A DNA stretch of 64,000 nucleotides from Candidatus Omnitrophota bacterium. GTDB taxonomy: Bacteria; Omnitrophota; Gorgyraeia; Zapsychrales; Fredricksoniimonadaceae. The position numbers and the translations under genes were made by a program. Each line of letters opens with the position of its first letter. The first letter of the stretch is position 1. Below the pieces are notes generated by a model, which was given only the letters and a program-made list of their open reading frames with translations, had not been told where the DNA came from and did no database searches. The DNA lies in contig CAIUQE010000001.1 of the NCBI GenBank assembly GCA_903901225.1, positions 2,563-66,562 of the forward strand, given 5' to 3'. Positions 10,245 through 19,245 of this stretch are shown here, piece by piece.

Positions 10245-11761
10245 GGCACCTCCCCCTCAACAGTTTTTGTTGAAGCCATGTTCACCCGTTCCTGGTCCTG
10301 GCGTTTTTTATAAAACCCTGTCAGGAAATCCTTATACAATCTTTTGTCAAAAGAACAACCATAAAAAAGAAGCCTGTTCCTTAATTTAGCAACAAGCATA
10401 AAAAGGCTGTTCTTCATGCGGTCAAAAGAATTCTGTATCTGGTAATTTCCCAAACGCACGGCCGATTCCATATTCAGATAATAACAAGCACTCTCAGAAT
10501 ACCTGCTGTTAACCTGCCAGGGTCTTATATATTCAGCGGCGGTATACATATCAATGATATTCCTGTCGGTCCATCCTTCGAAGTGCTCCGGCTCCTTTAA
10601 ATACCCATTCTCGATCAATTTCGTCGTAAGCTCACATTTGGGATATGGCCTGAACGTGCCAACTCCGCACGTGAAAAATTCATACTTCCTTAGCCGATTC
10701 ATAAATCTGATCGTCTGTTTTATATCGGCAAGCGTTTCACCCGGGATCTCAATGATAAATGATGAACGCGCCACAATGCCATATTTACTGCACTGCGCAA
10801 CGGCATGCTCCGCCTGTTCAGTCGTTATGCCTTTTTTCATCAAACCCAGCGTATGGATCGATCCGGATTCAATCCCCAGTGTCAACTGCACTAAACCTGA
10901 ACGCTTCAATAGCGCAAGCATTTCATCGTTGATAATGCGATCATTGAAATAATCGCAGCGGCACTCCGCATCCCAGGTGACACCCAGCCCCCTTTGGATC
11001 ATGCCTTCACAGATCTCCCGTGTCCTTTTAATATCAACAAAAAAATTATCATCAATGAATTTAAGGTGCGTCAGGCGGTACTTCTTGACAATAAGCCCGA
11101 CCTCTTCCAGGACCTTCGTGGCGCTCTTTTTCCTGTAACGCGTATTATTCGTCACTACATTAATGCAAAATGTGCACAAGGAGGGGCATCCCCGGCTGCT
11201 TTCATACGGAAGCCAGCGCATCGGTTGCTTGACATACGCCGATAACTTGTCGGTAAGAAAACCCGTAATATAACGTTCAATGTGTTCATCCAGGCCATAG
11301 TCCGGAAATGGCAAAGCTTCCATATCCAGAACCTTCTTCGCAAATATTTTCTTTTCCAGGCGCGTTCCCTGGCTGAAAGCATGCGCCAGTTCCAGAATAT
11401 GGTCCTCTCCTTCGCCGCAGATCACATGATCCACATATTTGCAGCCCGCCACCTGCTCAGGAAAAAGTGTGCAGTGCGCGCCTCCTGCAACAACGGGCAC
11501 ACTTGAACTTTCTTTGATGTGTTTGGCAATGGCATACGCCCCGGGGACCTCTGAAGTGAGGAGCGTAACCCCGGCAAAAAGAACGCCCTCCAGTTCACGG
11601 CTGATCGTAGCCAAATGATCCTTTTCAAATGCGCAGTTGATGATCTTCACCTCATATCCTGCGCGCTCAAGGACTGAACCGATCGATATCAGGCCCAGAG
11701 ACGGATAATTATTATAATTGTAGATATTCTCCGGCCTTATGAGCAAAATCTTCTTATGCAT
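10241..11761 (-). CDS. Cobalamin-binding radical SAM protein
   Basis: YPSLGLISI, VAGGAHCT, GEGE, SRGCPSLCTFC, DDNF, GIESGS. Confidence 0.9.
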   Translation of the reverse strand: MHKKILLIRPENIYNYNNYPSLGLISIGSVLERAGYEVKIINCAFEKDHLATISRELEGVLFAGVTLLTSEVPGAYAIAKHIKESSSVPVVAGGAHCTLFPEQVAGCKYVDHVICGEGEDHILELAHAFSQGTRLEKKIFAKKVLDMEALPFPDYGLDEHIERYITGFLTDKLSAYVKQPMRWLPYESSRGCPSLCTFCINVVTNNTRYRKKSATKVLEEVGLIVKKYRLTHLKFIDDNFFVDIKRTREICEGMIQRGLGVTWDAECRCDYFNDRIINDEMLALLKRSGLVQLTLGIESGSIHTLGLMKKGITTEQAEHAVAQCSKYGIVARSSFIIEIPGETLADIKQTIRFMNRLRKYEFFTCGVGTFRPYPKCELTTKLIENGYLKEPEHFEGWTDRNIIDMYTAAEYIRPWQVNSRYSESACYYLNMESAVRLGNYQIQNSFDRMKNSLFMLVAKLRNRLLFYGCSFDKRLYKDFLTGFYKKRQDQERVNMASTKTVEGEVP

Positions 11762-12756
11762 TATTGCAGCCCCTTTATCATGTCAGCAAGGTCTTTGACC
11801 GTTAACCATGCCTCATTGGTATCGCTGCGATAAGTGAATCCTTTGGGCACGGCAGGATATTTCTTATATTCCGACTCAAACTCTTTTGTAACATTAAAGC
11901 AAGGCAAAATGACATAGGCCCCATCAACAACCCTGGTCGTGCGGGATTCATCTTCGGACACCAGGCTTTCATGCATCTTTTCCCCGGGCCTGATTCCGAT
12001 CGAATGTAATTTATAAGTTGGGTCCACGGCCTTGGCCAGGTCCACCACACGCATAGAAGGGATCTTGGGAATAAAGATCTCACCCCCCAAAGACACGTTC
12101 AACGCCTTCAATACAAGATCAACGCCCTGATCAAGCGTTATCCAAAATCTTGTCATCCCCTCATCAGTGACGGGGAATTCCCCCGCGTTTTTCTGTTTAA
12201 GGTCAAGATACAATGGGATGATGCTGCCACGAGAACCCACCACATTCCCATACCTGACCACGGAAAACTTGACCCTCCCCCCCGCGTAAGCATTCGCGGA
12301 AATGAATATCTTTTCAGCCACCAGCTTGGTTGCCCCGTATAAGTTCGCCGGATTAACCGCCTTATCAGTCGACAAAGCAACGACCTTCTTCACCCCCGCA
12401 TCGATTGCGGCATCAACAATATTGTCAGCCCCGTCAACGTTCGTCTTGATCGCCTCCGTAGGATTATACTCCAGGGCAGGGACCTGTTTAAGAGCTGCTG
12501 CATGGATCACATAGTCCACCCCTTCAAAAGCCCGGCGCAAACGGTCTTTATCCCTGACGTCACCCAAAAAATAGCGGACCGGATACTGCGCCGGCGGGAA
12601 GATCTTGGCCATTTCGCTTTGCTTATACTCATCACGGCTAAAAATGATCAGTTTCTTTAAATTATATTTCTTCAATACAACATCCGCAAACTTGTTGCCA
12701 AAGGAGCCCGTCCCCCCTGTAACCAAAATCACCTTATTCTTCAATAAATCTTCCAC
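11761..12756 (-). CDS. pseB: UDP-N-acetylglucosamine 4,6-dehydratase (inverting)
   Basis: TGGTGSFG, SRDEYKQ, HAAALKQVPALEYNP, STDKAVNPANLYGATK, RYGNVVGSRGS, IRPGEKMHE. Confidence 0.95.
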   Translation of the reverse strand: MEDLLKNKVILVTGGTGSFGNKFADVVLKKYNLKKLIIFSRDEYKQSEMAKIFPPAQYPVRYFLGDVRDKDRLRRAFEGVDYVIHAAALKQVPALEYNPTEAIKTNVDGADNIVDAAIDAGVKKVVALSTDKAVNPANLYGATKLVAEKIFISANAYAGGRVKFSVVRYGNVVGSRGSIIPLYLDLKQKNAGEFPVTDEGMTRFWITLDQGVDLVLKALNVSLGGEIFIPKIPSMRVVDLAKAVDPTYKLHSIGIRPGEKMHESLVSEDESRTTRVVDGAYVILPCFNVTKEFESEYKKYPAVPKGFTYRSDTNEAWLTVKDLADMIKGLQ

Positions 12757-14657
12757 TACGACCTCCTTGTCAATAATTCCCTGAATTTCGTTATCGGCTT
12801 AACATCTGAAGAAATATCCAACCCTGCTTTAATCTGCTGTAAATAATCAGCAAATTCCACATCTGAAATCTTATAAAGCCAATAATCCACCAATGCTTCC
12901 AATTCGCTGTAACCATGGGCCACTAAATTAGGGAACTGATCATAAAACATCCCGACAAATCGCCCCTGCGGGTCAAAATAAAGGGCTTTTTTCCCCGCCC
13001 CCAAAGCCTCGTGAACTGGGCTGGTAAAACATGCGCCTATGATTAAATCGGATACGCTAATAATCTCGGTGGCTTCAAATCGATCGCCGGGAACACAACA
13101 TCTGGGATGAGCATCTAATTTCCTAAAATATGGCAACATCGCTGGATGAACACTGTCTCTGGCGTATTTCTCCTTAAAAATAACGCGGATCTCCGGGAAC
13201 TTCTCCAGGATTTTAAGCACACTTTCGGCCAGCAACTCCATGTCCTGAAGCCCCAGTCCCAAATCTGTATTAAAAACACCAACAATTGATCGACTATGGC
13301 AATCTTTCCATTTCTCATCGATTTTCAAGTCCGACAAAACCTTGTCTTTAGATATTGTTTGCACATGTTCTGACCAGAAACACCCCAACGGCAAATAATT
13401 TCCCACATGCTGCGGATGTTCTTTCAGAAAATCCTCGACCTTTCCGTAAACAAGGAAATTGTCATAATAAAAATATGCCAATTTCCGCCACCTATAATCT
13501 TTTCTTTTACTCACCGGAACAACCGTGTCACCAAAATCCCTTGCATGCAAATAGTACCATGTTGTCGTTCCATCCCTTGCAAGCAGTATATTCCTCACAA
13601 GCTGCTGCGGTTGATAATCATTATAAACAACAAAATGTTCAATATGAAAAAGTTCCAGAAACCTCTCCCAGATGATATCTGTATAGAGATTCCTCAATGT
13701 CACCTTGATTTCAAGCGATGAAGAAAATAACAACCCTTTAAAGGCGGACGCCCAAACAAATAAAAACCTCTTGATCAAAACACGCCAAAAGTAGCGCCAC
13801 GATATCCTTCCCAGTATTTTGGGCAATTCGATTATAAAATATCCCCTTTTTATAAGTTCATTTCGATACGCATCTGGAATATCCGTCTCCACACAAAAAA
13901 GGGCATTATCTTTGTTCAACGCTGCCCCATCCAAAAGAAAATCGATCGTGCGATACTTATGGTAGAAAGCCAGATCTGTTGTGTATACCCTGATCCCTAC
14001 CTGATAATTCTTCCTGGGAATATCATGAACAACGATACTTTTAACCTTCAGAAAAACCCATGCAGGAAACAACAAAAAACCGGCGCGCCACTTCAACCCA
14101 TCAACAATGCGCACCAGCGTAACGTAGAAATAACCCAGGAGAGATACAGAAACCCCTAAGCCCCGAACAAAATCCCCCTGAACAACCTTTGCCGCAGAAA
14201 GCCATTCCCATATACGGCTAGATTTCTCAGGAACAAACTCCGGCGCCTCAGCGCAAGTTTTTTTGAATTTTTCGATGCACATCTTTACCGAGTAAAACTC
14301 ATACAACTCATCAAGCAATACCTTTTTGTAAGATGATCTCACAAGTTCAGATCCCATAAAAATGGCTAGTCGTGCTGTAAGCGGCCCACAAAAAAACTTC
14401 ACCTGGTAAACCGCCTCCACATGGCGCACGGCTTCACAATTACATTCCCTGTCTTCCGCATAATCCAGACCTTCCTCAGAAAACTTGGACACCAACACAT
14501 ACCGCTGAACCTTGATAAAGAACTTGTTTTTGCTTAAACCGGGTTCCATTTTCAAATAATAGATCTTGAACCCGGCACACGCGTAATATAAAAGCAGTGG
14601 CCAACTGGCCAGCCGTATATTCTCAAATATGACTGTCTTATCCTTCTCAACCGGCAC
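12756..14657 (-). CDS. Polysaccharide biosynthesis PFTS-motif-like protein (possible GT-B transferase)
   Basis: 633-aa ORF with C-terminal IFKEK...SDLIIGACFTSPVHEALGAGKK..YFDP, resembling the PFTS-motif family of glycan loci. Confidence 0.65.
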   Translation of the reverse strand: MPVEKDKTVIFENIRLASWPLLLYYACAGFKIYYLKMEPGLSKNKFFIKVQRYVLVSKFSEEGLDYAEDRECNCEAVRHVEAVYQVKFFCGPLTARLAIFMGSELVRSSYKKVLLDELYEFYSVKMCIEKFKKTCAEAPEFVPEKSSRIWEWLSAAKVVQGDFVRGLGVSVSLLGYFYVTLVRIVDGLKWRAGFLLFPAWVFLKVKSIVVHDIPRKNYQVGIRVYTTDLAFYHKYRTIDFLLDGAALNKDNALFCVETDIPDAYRNELIKRGYFIIELPKILGRISWRYFWRVLIKRFLFVWASAFKGLLFSSSLEIKVTLRNLYTDIIWERFLELFHIEHFVVYNDYQPQQLVRNILLARDGTTTWYYLHARDFGDTVVPVSKRKDYRWRKLAYFYYDNFLVYGKVEDFLKEHPQHVGNYLPLGCFWSEHVQTISKDKVLSDLKIDEKWKDCHSRSIVGVFNTDLGLGLQDMELLAESVLKILEKFPEIRVIFKEKYARDSVHPAMLPYFRKLDAHPRCCVPGDRFEATEIISVSDLIIGACFTSPVHEALGAGKKALYFDPQGRFVGMFYDQFPNLVAHGYSELEALVDYWLYKISDVEFADYLQQIKAGLDISSDVKPITKFRELLTRRS

Positions 14658-14658
14658 G

Positions 14659-15867
14659 CTAAAATCCTCGTTTTACCCTGTCTGCCACACCCTGCCAGAT
14701 AGGAACTTCCGCGCTATCCGCTGTTTTGATATAAAGCTGCTTATATCGGGCATAAAGATCGGCGTTGATCGTGCGCTCAAAGTCCCAATCAATATCCCCT
14801 GGCCTGTCCATATACAGGGGTTTTTTTCCAAAATGCTCCGCCATGACTTTCGTATAAGCCCCTTCCCATAGATCCTCCACCCCTGAAAAAGAAATAAAAA
14901 CAACGGGTTTCTCGAAAAGGATCGCAAAACAGAGCGCCGTGCTGGCGTGGCTTAAAACCATCCTCGATCGCCTTACCAGCGCCGCCGTCTGCCCCTTGAC
15001 GCACGAACGTCCATTGAAATGATCGCCCATCGTCTCATAAACTGAACGCGGATGGGCCGCGATCACCACCTTCAACCCTGTCTCCCGTTCAACCTTCGTG
15101 AAGAACGTATTGAGCAGGTCATAATAGTGCTGCGGCTCCACGGGATTCTTTTCGCCCACGAACGCGTAATCTGAATGATACGGCAAGAACTCATCCAGAA
15201 AGACCGCGATATCCTGCGCCTGCACGGCAAGACCTCTTTCCTTCAGATAAATATCATAATCGAACGTGTGCAGGCGCAATATCTCTGTGTTCCTGTCAAC
15301 CGGGAAATATTGGCTCTCAATGCTCTTTTCTCCTCCCGCCAGCAGCAATCGTGGCGGCCTAACGCCAAGAAGCTGCCGTGGCAATCGCAGCAACAGCAAT
15401 TTCCATGTCCTCCGCTCAAAAAGCTTCGTCAGCTTCCGGAAGAACCCCTGGATGCCAACACGATCGCACGGTTTATAGGACATGTCCGGAACAGCGTTGG
15501 CATGTTGGACCACATAGCTCGCGCAAGAACAACTTAAGGAACGATATGCTTCAAGATTCCAATGATCGAACGTTAAAAAGTTGATCACAAGATCGCGGCC
15601 TGTCAACGTTGACAAGTTAGCACGCATGTCTGAGGCGTCTTTGAACACCGTGACTTTTTCTGTTACCTCCCCGCCCACGGGCGACAACCCCCTGGGCAAC
15701 TCCGGATGCGCGATCAAAGAAAGGTCCCAGACCTCAATATCAAAGCCAAGGTCTTTCCATATGCCAACGCCGAAGCGAAGATGATCGCGCGCATTCAAAG
15801 GTTCTTCGAATAAATAAATTATCCTTCTGATCTTCATATTACCCATAGGCAACACCGCTGCGTTCAC
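14659..15867 (-). CDS. Hypothetical glycan-locus protein, putative GT-B nonulosonate transferase
   Basis: 402 aa; VFLDE, VIAAHPR and SHASTA..FAILFEKP resemble HP and S-T motifs of bacterial sialyltransferase-like folds. Confidence 0.5.
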   Translation of the reverse strand: MNAAVLPMGNMKIRRIIYLFEEPLNARDHLRFGVGIWKDLGFDIEVWDLSLIAHPELPRGLSPVGGEVTEKVTVFKDASDMRANLSTLTGRDLVINFLTFDHWNLEAYRSLSCSCASYVVQHANAVPDMSYKPCDRVGIQGFFRKLTKLFERRTWKLLLLRLPRQLLGVRPPRLLLAGGEKSIESQYFPVDRNTEILRLHTFDYDIYLKERGLAVQAQDIAVFLDEFLPYHSDYAFVGEKNPVEPQHYYDLLNTFFTKVERETGLKVVIAAHPRSVYETMGDHFNGRSCVKGQTAALVRRSRMVLSHASTALCFAILFEKPVVFISFSGVEDLWEGAYTKVMAEHFGKKPLYMDRPGDIDWDFERTINADLYARYKQLYIKTADSAEVPIWQGVADRVKRGF

Positions 15868-15875
15868 ATCCGCCT

Positions 15876-17195
15876 TTATTCACGTACGAGCCTCTTGGTT
15901 TTTTCACCGGTCCTGGGAATTTCCCCTTTAAGGACCATGACGATGTCCGCGTTCACGTCCATCTTGTCCCGGATCTCCTGCTTGATCGCCGCCCCGATCT
16001 CTTCCTGGCGCGGCACCGGCACGCCATCCCCGCACTCGACACGCACCGTTATCTTTTCGACCATATCAAGCCCCTTGGCCACCACCTGGTATTCACCCGT
16101 GACCTCATCGATAAAACCGGATACGACCGCGCCAATAGCCCCGGGGAAAATATTAACGCCCTTGACAACGATCATGTCGTCACTGCGTCCAAGGACCTTG
16201 AAACGAAAACTTGAACGGCCGCACGCGCATTTATTGTGGTCAACAACATCGATCACATCATGCGACCTGAGCCTGACAAGAGGCTGCGCCTCTTTATTGA
16301 TATTGGTAACGACCAGTTCACCTTTCACGCCCTTCTCGAACGGAAGCTTCCGGCAGTTATCCGGGTCGATCAACTCCACGTGAATGTTGCCTTGCCCCAT
16401 GAAATGCATCCCTTGCTGGCAGCCGCATTCCGCGCCGAACATGCTTAAAACATCCGATATGCCATAGTTCGCATCCATGGCCTTAAAGCCCCAGACTTTC
16501 TCGATCCTGGAACGCGTCATCGGATTTTGTATCCCCGCTTCGCCCGCAAAAAGACCTTTCCTGAGCCCCAATTCCCGGGGATCCATTTTAAACTCTGTTT
16601 CCAGCAGGAGCTCGAGCTTGGCCATATATGACACGGTGCAATGGATCGCTGTGGGTCGGATATTGAGGATCGCCTCAATGAGTTTGCTTGAATTTCCGAC
16701 GCCATAAGGGACAACCGTCGCGCCGGTCGCCTCAAGGCTCTGATGGTCTGTAAATCCTCCCATCCACATGCAATAATTCAAACAATGGAATACAATATCC
16801 TCCGGCCTTAATCCGGAAGCCCAAAAGCAGCGGCTGCCCGAATCTATGGTCGCGGCAATATCTTTGGCTGTAAGTGCGAGAAAAACCGGCCGCCCGGTCG
16901 TTCCGGACGTGCGGTGAACACGCCGCACACAGCTGTTATTGACGGAAAGATTGCTCCCGAAAGGCGGATACTGAAGTTGATCATCGATGAGCTCTTTCTT
17001 TTCCGTAAAAGGCAAAATATCAAGGTCGCGTAAAAGGCTCGCCGCATCCCGATACCCTTTAAGCTTCTTTTGATAGAAACTGCTGCTGGCCAACACATGG
17101 TCGAACTGCTTCAGCAGCCGGGCCCTATCGATCTTGAGGAACAAATCCCCCTGGGTCAGCGTTTCCAGTTCAAGGTCACGGATCTCGTTATGCAT
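15876..17195 (-). CDS. Phenylacetate-CoA ligase (PaaK) family adenylate-forming enzyme
   Basis: LPFTEK, RTSGTTGRP, NYGISD, CACGR, GRSDDMIVVKGVNIFP, KTKRL. Likely start MHNEIR at 17195, overlapping the upstream stop. Confidence 0.9.
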   Translation of the reverse strand: MHNEIRDLELETLTQGDLFLKIDRARLLKQFDHVLASSSFYQKKLKGYRDAASLLRDLDILPFTEKKELIDDQLQYPPFGSNLSVNNSCVRRVHRTSGTTGRPVFLALTAKDIAATIDSGSRCFWASGLRPEDIVFHCLNYCMWMGGFTDHQSLEATGATVVPYGVGNSSKLIEAILNIRPTAIHCTVSYMAKLELLLETEFKMDPRELGLRKGLFAGEAGIQNPMTRSRIEKVWGFKAMDANYGISDVLSMFGAECGCQQGMHFMGQGNIHVELIDPDNCRKLPFEKGVKGELVVTNINKEAQPLVRLRSHDVIDVVDHNKCACGRSSFRFKVLGRSDDMIVVKGVNIFPGAIGAVVSGFIDEVTGEYQVVAKGLDMVEKITVRVECGDGVPVPRQEEIGAAIKQEIRDKMDVNADIVMVLKGEIPRTGEKTKRLVRE

Positions 17196-18315
17196 GCGGG
17201 ATCTCCCGGGATGACGCCGCATCATCCGAACCATCCAGATACCACATCCGCAAAAGGCCGTTCTCATCCACCGCAGCGGTTTTAGGCAACTTCCAATTCG
17301 GGTTCCACCGCAACCTGTCCGCATAACTATAATGCGACTGCAGCAAGACCTTATTATCCTTCCGTGCCAGCACGGTGCCCTCGTACAGCGTGATCTTCCC
17401 GATATCCGTCATGGCCGCGAACATCGGCTTGATACGGCCTGATATCCTGCCGCTGTTGAGCAGGCGTTTGACCAGTTCAATGCCTTTCCCGAGCGATGGG
17501 CGCAAATGGTGCATACCCTTCATGGGTAAACAGTGGAACAGGTAATGCGCCTCGACATGCAATTCCCTGAGCCTGTCATACAGCGCCGCCAGCGTTTCAA
17601 CATCATCATTAACTCCCTTAAGCAGCACATTCTGTGAATAGATCTTCACGCCAAGTGCTGATATATCCACGATCTTTTCAATAGTTTCCGGGAATAATTC
17701 CACAGGATGATTGATCTGCGTCGCCAGTTCGAACCGGATGCCTGGCTTATGTTTGAATATCTCAAAAATATTATTATCGATCCTGCGCGGATCATGTGAC
17801 AAAAGGCGCGTGGCGATACGCATCGTCTTGACATTGGGCGCGTATTTCATCAAGGCATCGACAAGATAACCCAGGCGCTGGGGAAGGATGAGCGGGTCGC
17901 CGCCCGTGATAAGGACTTCTCTCAGTTCATCCCTGACCAGCTTCGAACCACAAAATAAGGCCGCCTGCTTCAACTCGTCTTCACTCAGAGTGAACATGCC
18001 GTAATGGGCGCGCAGGCAATAACGGCAATGGGACGCGCATACCAGGGTAGGCTCGATCACCAGGCTGTGCCGGTACAAACGCTCCACACCCTTGACCCTG
18101 TGCCCGTCCATCTCCACGTCGACATTCGCCTCCCAATGACGCTCATTATCTTCCAGCGCCACGGCATCCTCGGCAGCCTGCTTTACATACTGCAAATAAA
18201 GTGCCCGGTAATCCGCAGAAGCCGCGCCACCCCCGGCGCACAAAGCCGCCATTTTCTCTTTCAGAAAGGGCGATATCTTCTCGGGAAATACCGATTTCTC
18301 CGTTGTAGCACCCAT
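17188..18315 (-). CDS. KamA-family radical SAM/PLP 2,3-aminomutase
   Basis: GVERLY, CASHCRYCLR, VLITGGDPL, QINHPVE, SQNVLLKGVND, and GK carrying the putative PLP lysine. Confidence 0.88.
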   Translation of the reverse strand: MGATTEKSVFPEKISPFLKEKMAALCAGGGAASADYRALYLQYVKQAAEDAVALEDNERHWEANVDVEMDGHRVKGVERLYRHSLVIEPTLVCASHCRYCLRAHYGMFTLSEDELKQAALFCGSKLVRDELREVLITGGDPLILPQRLGYLVDALMKYAPNVKTMRIATRLLSHDPRRIDNNIFEIFKHKPGIRFELATQINHPVELFPETIEKIVDISALGVKIYSQNVLLKGVNDDVETLAALYDRLRELHVEAHYLFHCLPMKGMHHLRPSLGKGIELVKRLLNSGRISGRIKPMFAAMTDIGKITLYEGTVLARKDNKVLLQSHYSYADRLRWNPNWKLPKTAAVDENGLLRMWYLDGSDDAASSREIPHA

Positions 18316-18316
18316 A

Positions 18317-19225
18317 TCAATTGTCCCTTTCCTTCAAGAACACCGCCGGATTCCCGACATAAACGCCATGGCTTTTAAGGTCCTTCAAGGCCACGGCGCC
18401 GATGCCCAGGGTCACGTGATCCCCGATCTTCACGGAGTCCCTGACACTGGCATTGGGCGCGATCAAGCAATTCTTCCCGATCTCGACCCCACGGCTGATA
18501 ATGGCGCCTGCCGTGATCATGGCCCCGGCCCGGATCACGCTGTTCGCGCCGATCTGGACCAGGTCATCGATCTTGACCATGTCCTCAATGACCGTCTCAT
18601 GGATGGCCGAACTTTCAATGCTGGAATTTGACCCTATCCACACATGATCCCCTATGATGATCTTTCCGACATGCGGAAAGTGCACCTGCCGCCCTTGAAC
18701 ATCCACCTCAAAATCATAACCTGTGCTGCCGACGGTGGAGTTATGCTTGATCAGGCATTTTTCACCGACCTGAACACGCCCCGTGATGACAACATTGTTC
18801 AATATCCTCGTCCCGTCCCCAATGGTCACATCCGGGCCGATCACAACGTTCTCACCGACCGCGACACCCTGCCCGAGCCGGGCACTCTTGTCGATCATGG
18901 CTGAAGGCGCTATTTTCACCTCGTCAAATTCGATGAAGAACTCATTGAGCACGTCGATAAATTTGATGTGCGGCTCTTTCACGACCAGGAACGAAATGCT
19001 ATCGGTCTGGACAACTGGAAGCCGGGAGGCCAGGACCAGGACATCTTTATGCGACTGAAAACCATGTTCATCCAGGCCGCTTTCATCAGCGCGCACGAAA
19101 GTATTATCGATCATCCGCCGCCATGATGAAGGGCCCCGCACAATAAAATCACGGCCAATAAGCTCAGCCTCAAGGAAACCGGCTATCTCGGAAGCGAATA
19201 TGTCGGCTGTTTTCATTTTATACAT
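18317..19225 (-). CDS. LpxD-like left-handed beta-helix N-acyltransferase
   Basis: Hexapeptide repeats, GSTGYDF, HFPHVGKIIIGD.VWIG, T.I.D.VKIDDLVQIG, YVGNPA. Confidence 0.8.
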   Translation of the reverse strand: MYKMKTADIFASEIAGFLEAELIGRDFIVRGPSSWRRMIDNTFVRADESGLDEHGFQSHKDVLVLASRLPVVQTDSISFLVVKEPHIKFIDVLNEFFIEFDEVKIAPSAMIDKSARLGQGVAVGENVVIGPDVTIGDGTRILNNVVITGRVQVGEKCLIKHNSTVGSTGYDFEVDVQGRQVHFPHVGKIIIGDHVWIGSNSSIESSAIHETVIEDMVKIDDLVQIGANSVIRAGAMITAGAIISRGVEIGKNCLIAPNASVRDSVKIGDHVTLGIGAVALKDLKSHGVYVGNPAVFLKERDN

Positions 19226-19245
19226 CAGGCTCTCCTTGGTTTGAT

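Noticed and set aside
15876-17195. Phenylacetate catabolism (paaK)
   Set aside because: No paa or ior genes nearby, the pocket segment differs (NYCMWMGGFTD vs YGLFTGG), and it is embedded in a glycan locus.
17188-18315. EpmB or lysine-fermentation KamA
   Set aside because: No efp/epmA or kamDE/ablB nearby, and the substrate residues appear changed.
18317-19225. Calling this gene lpxD of lipid A synthesis
   Set aside because: It is short and divergent, reads VQIGAN where LpxD has QI(A/G)HN, and lacks lpxA/fabZ/bamA context.
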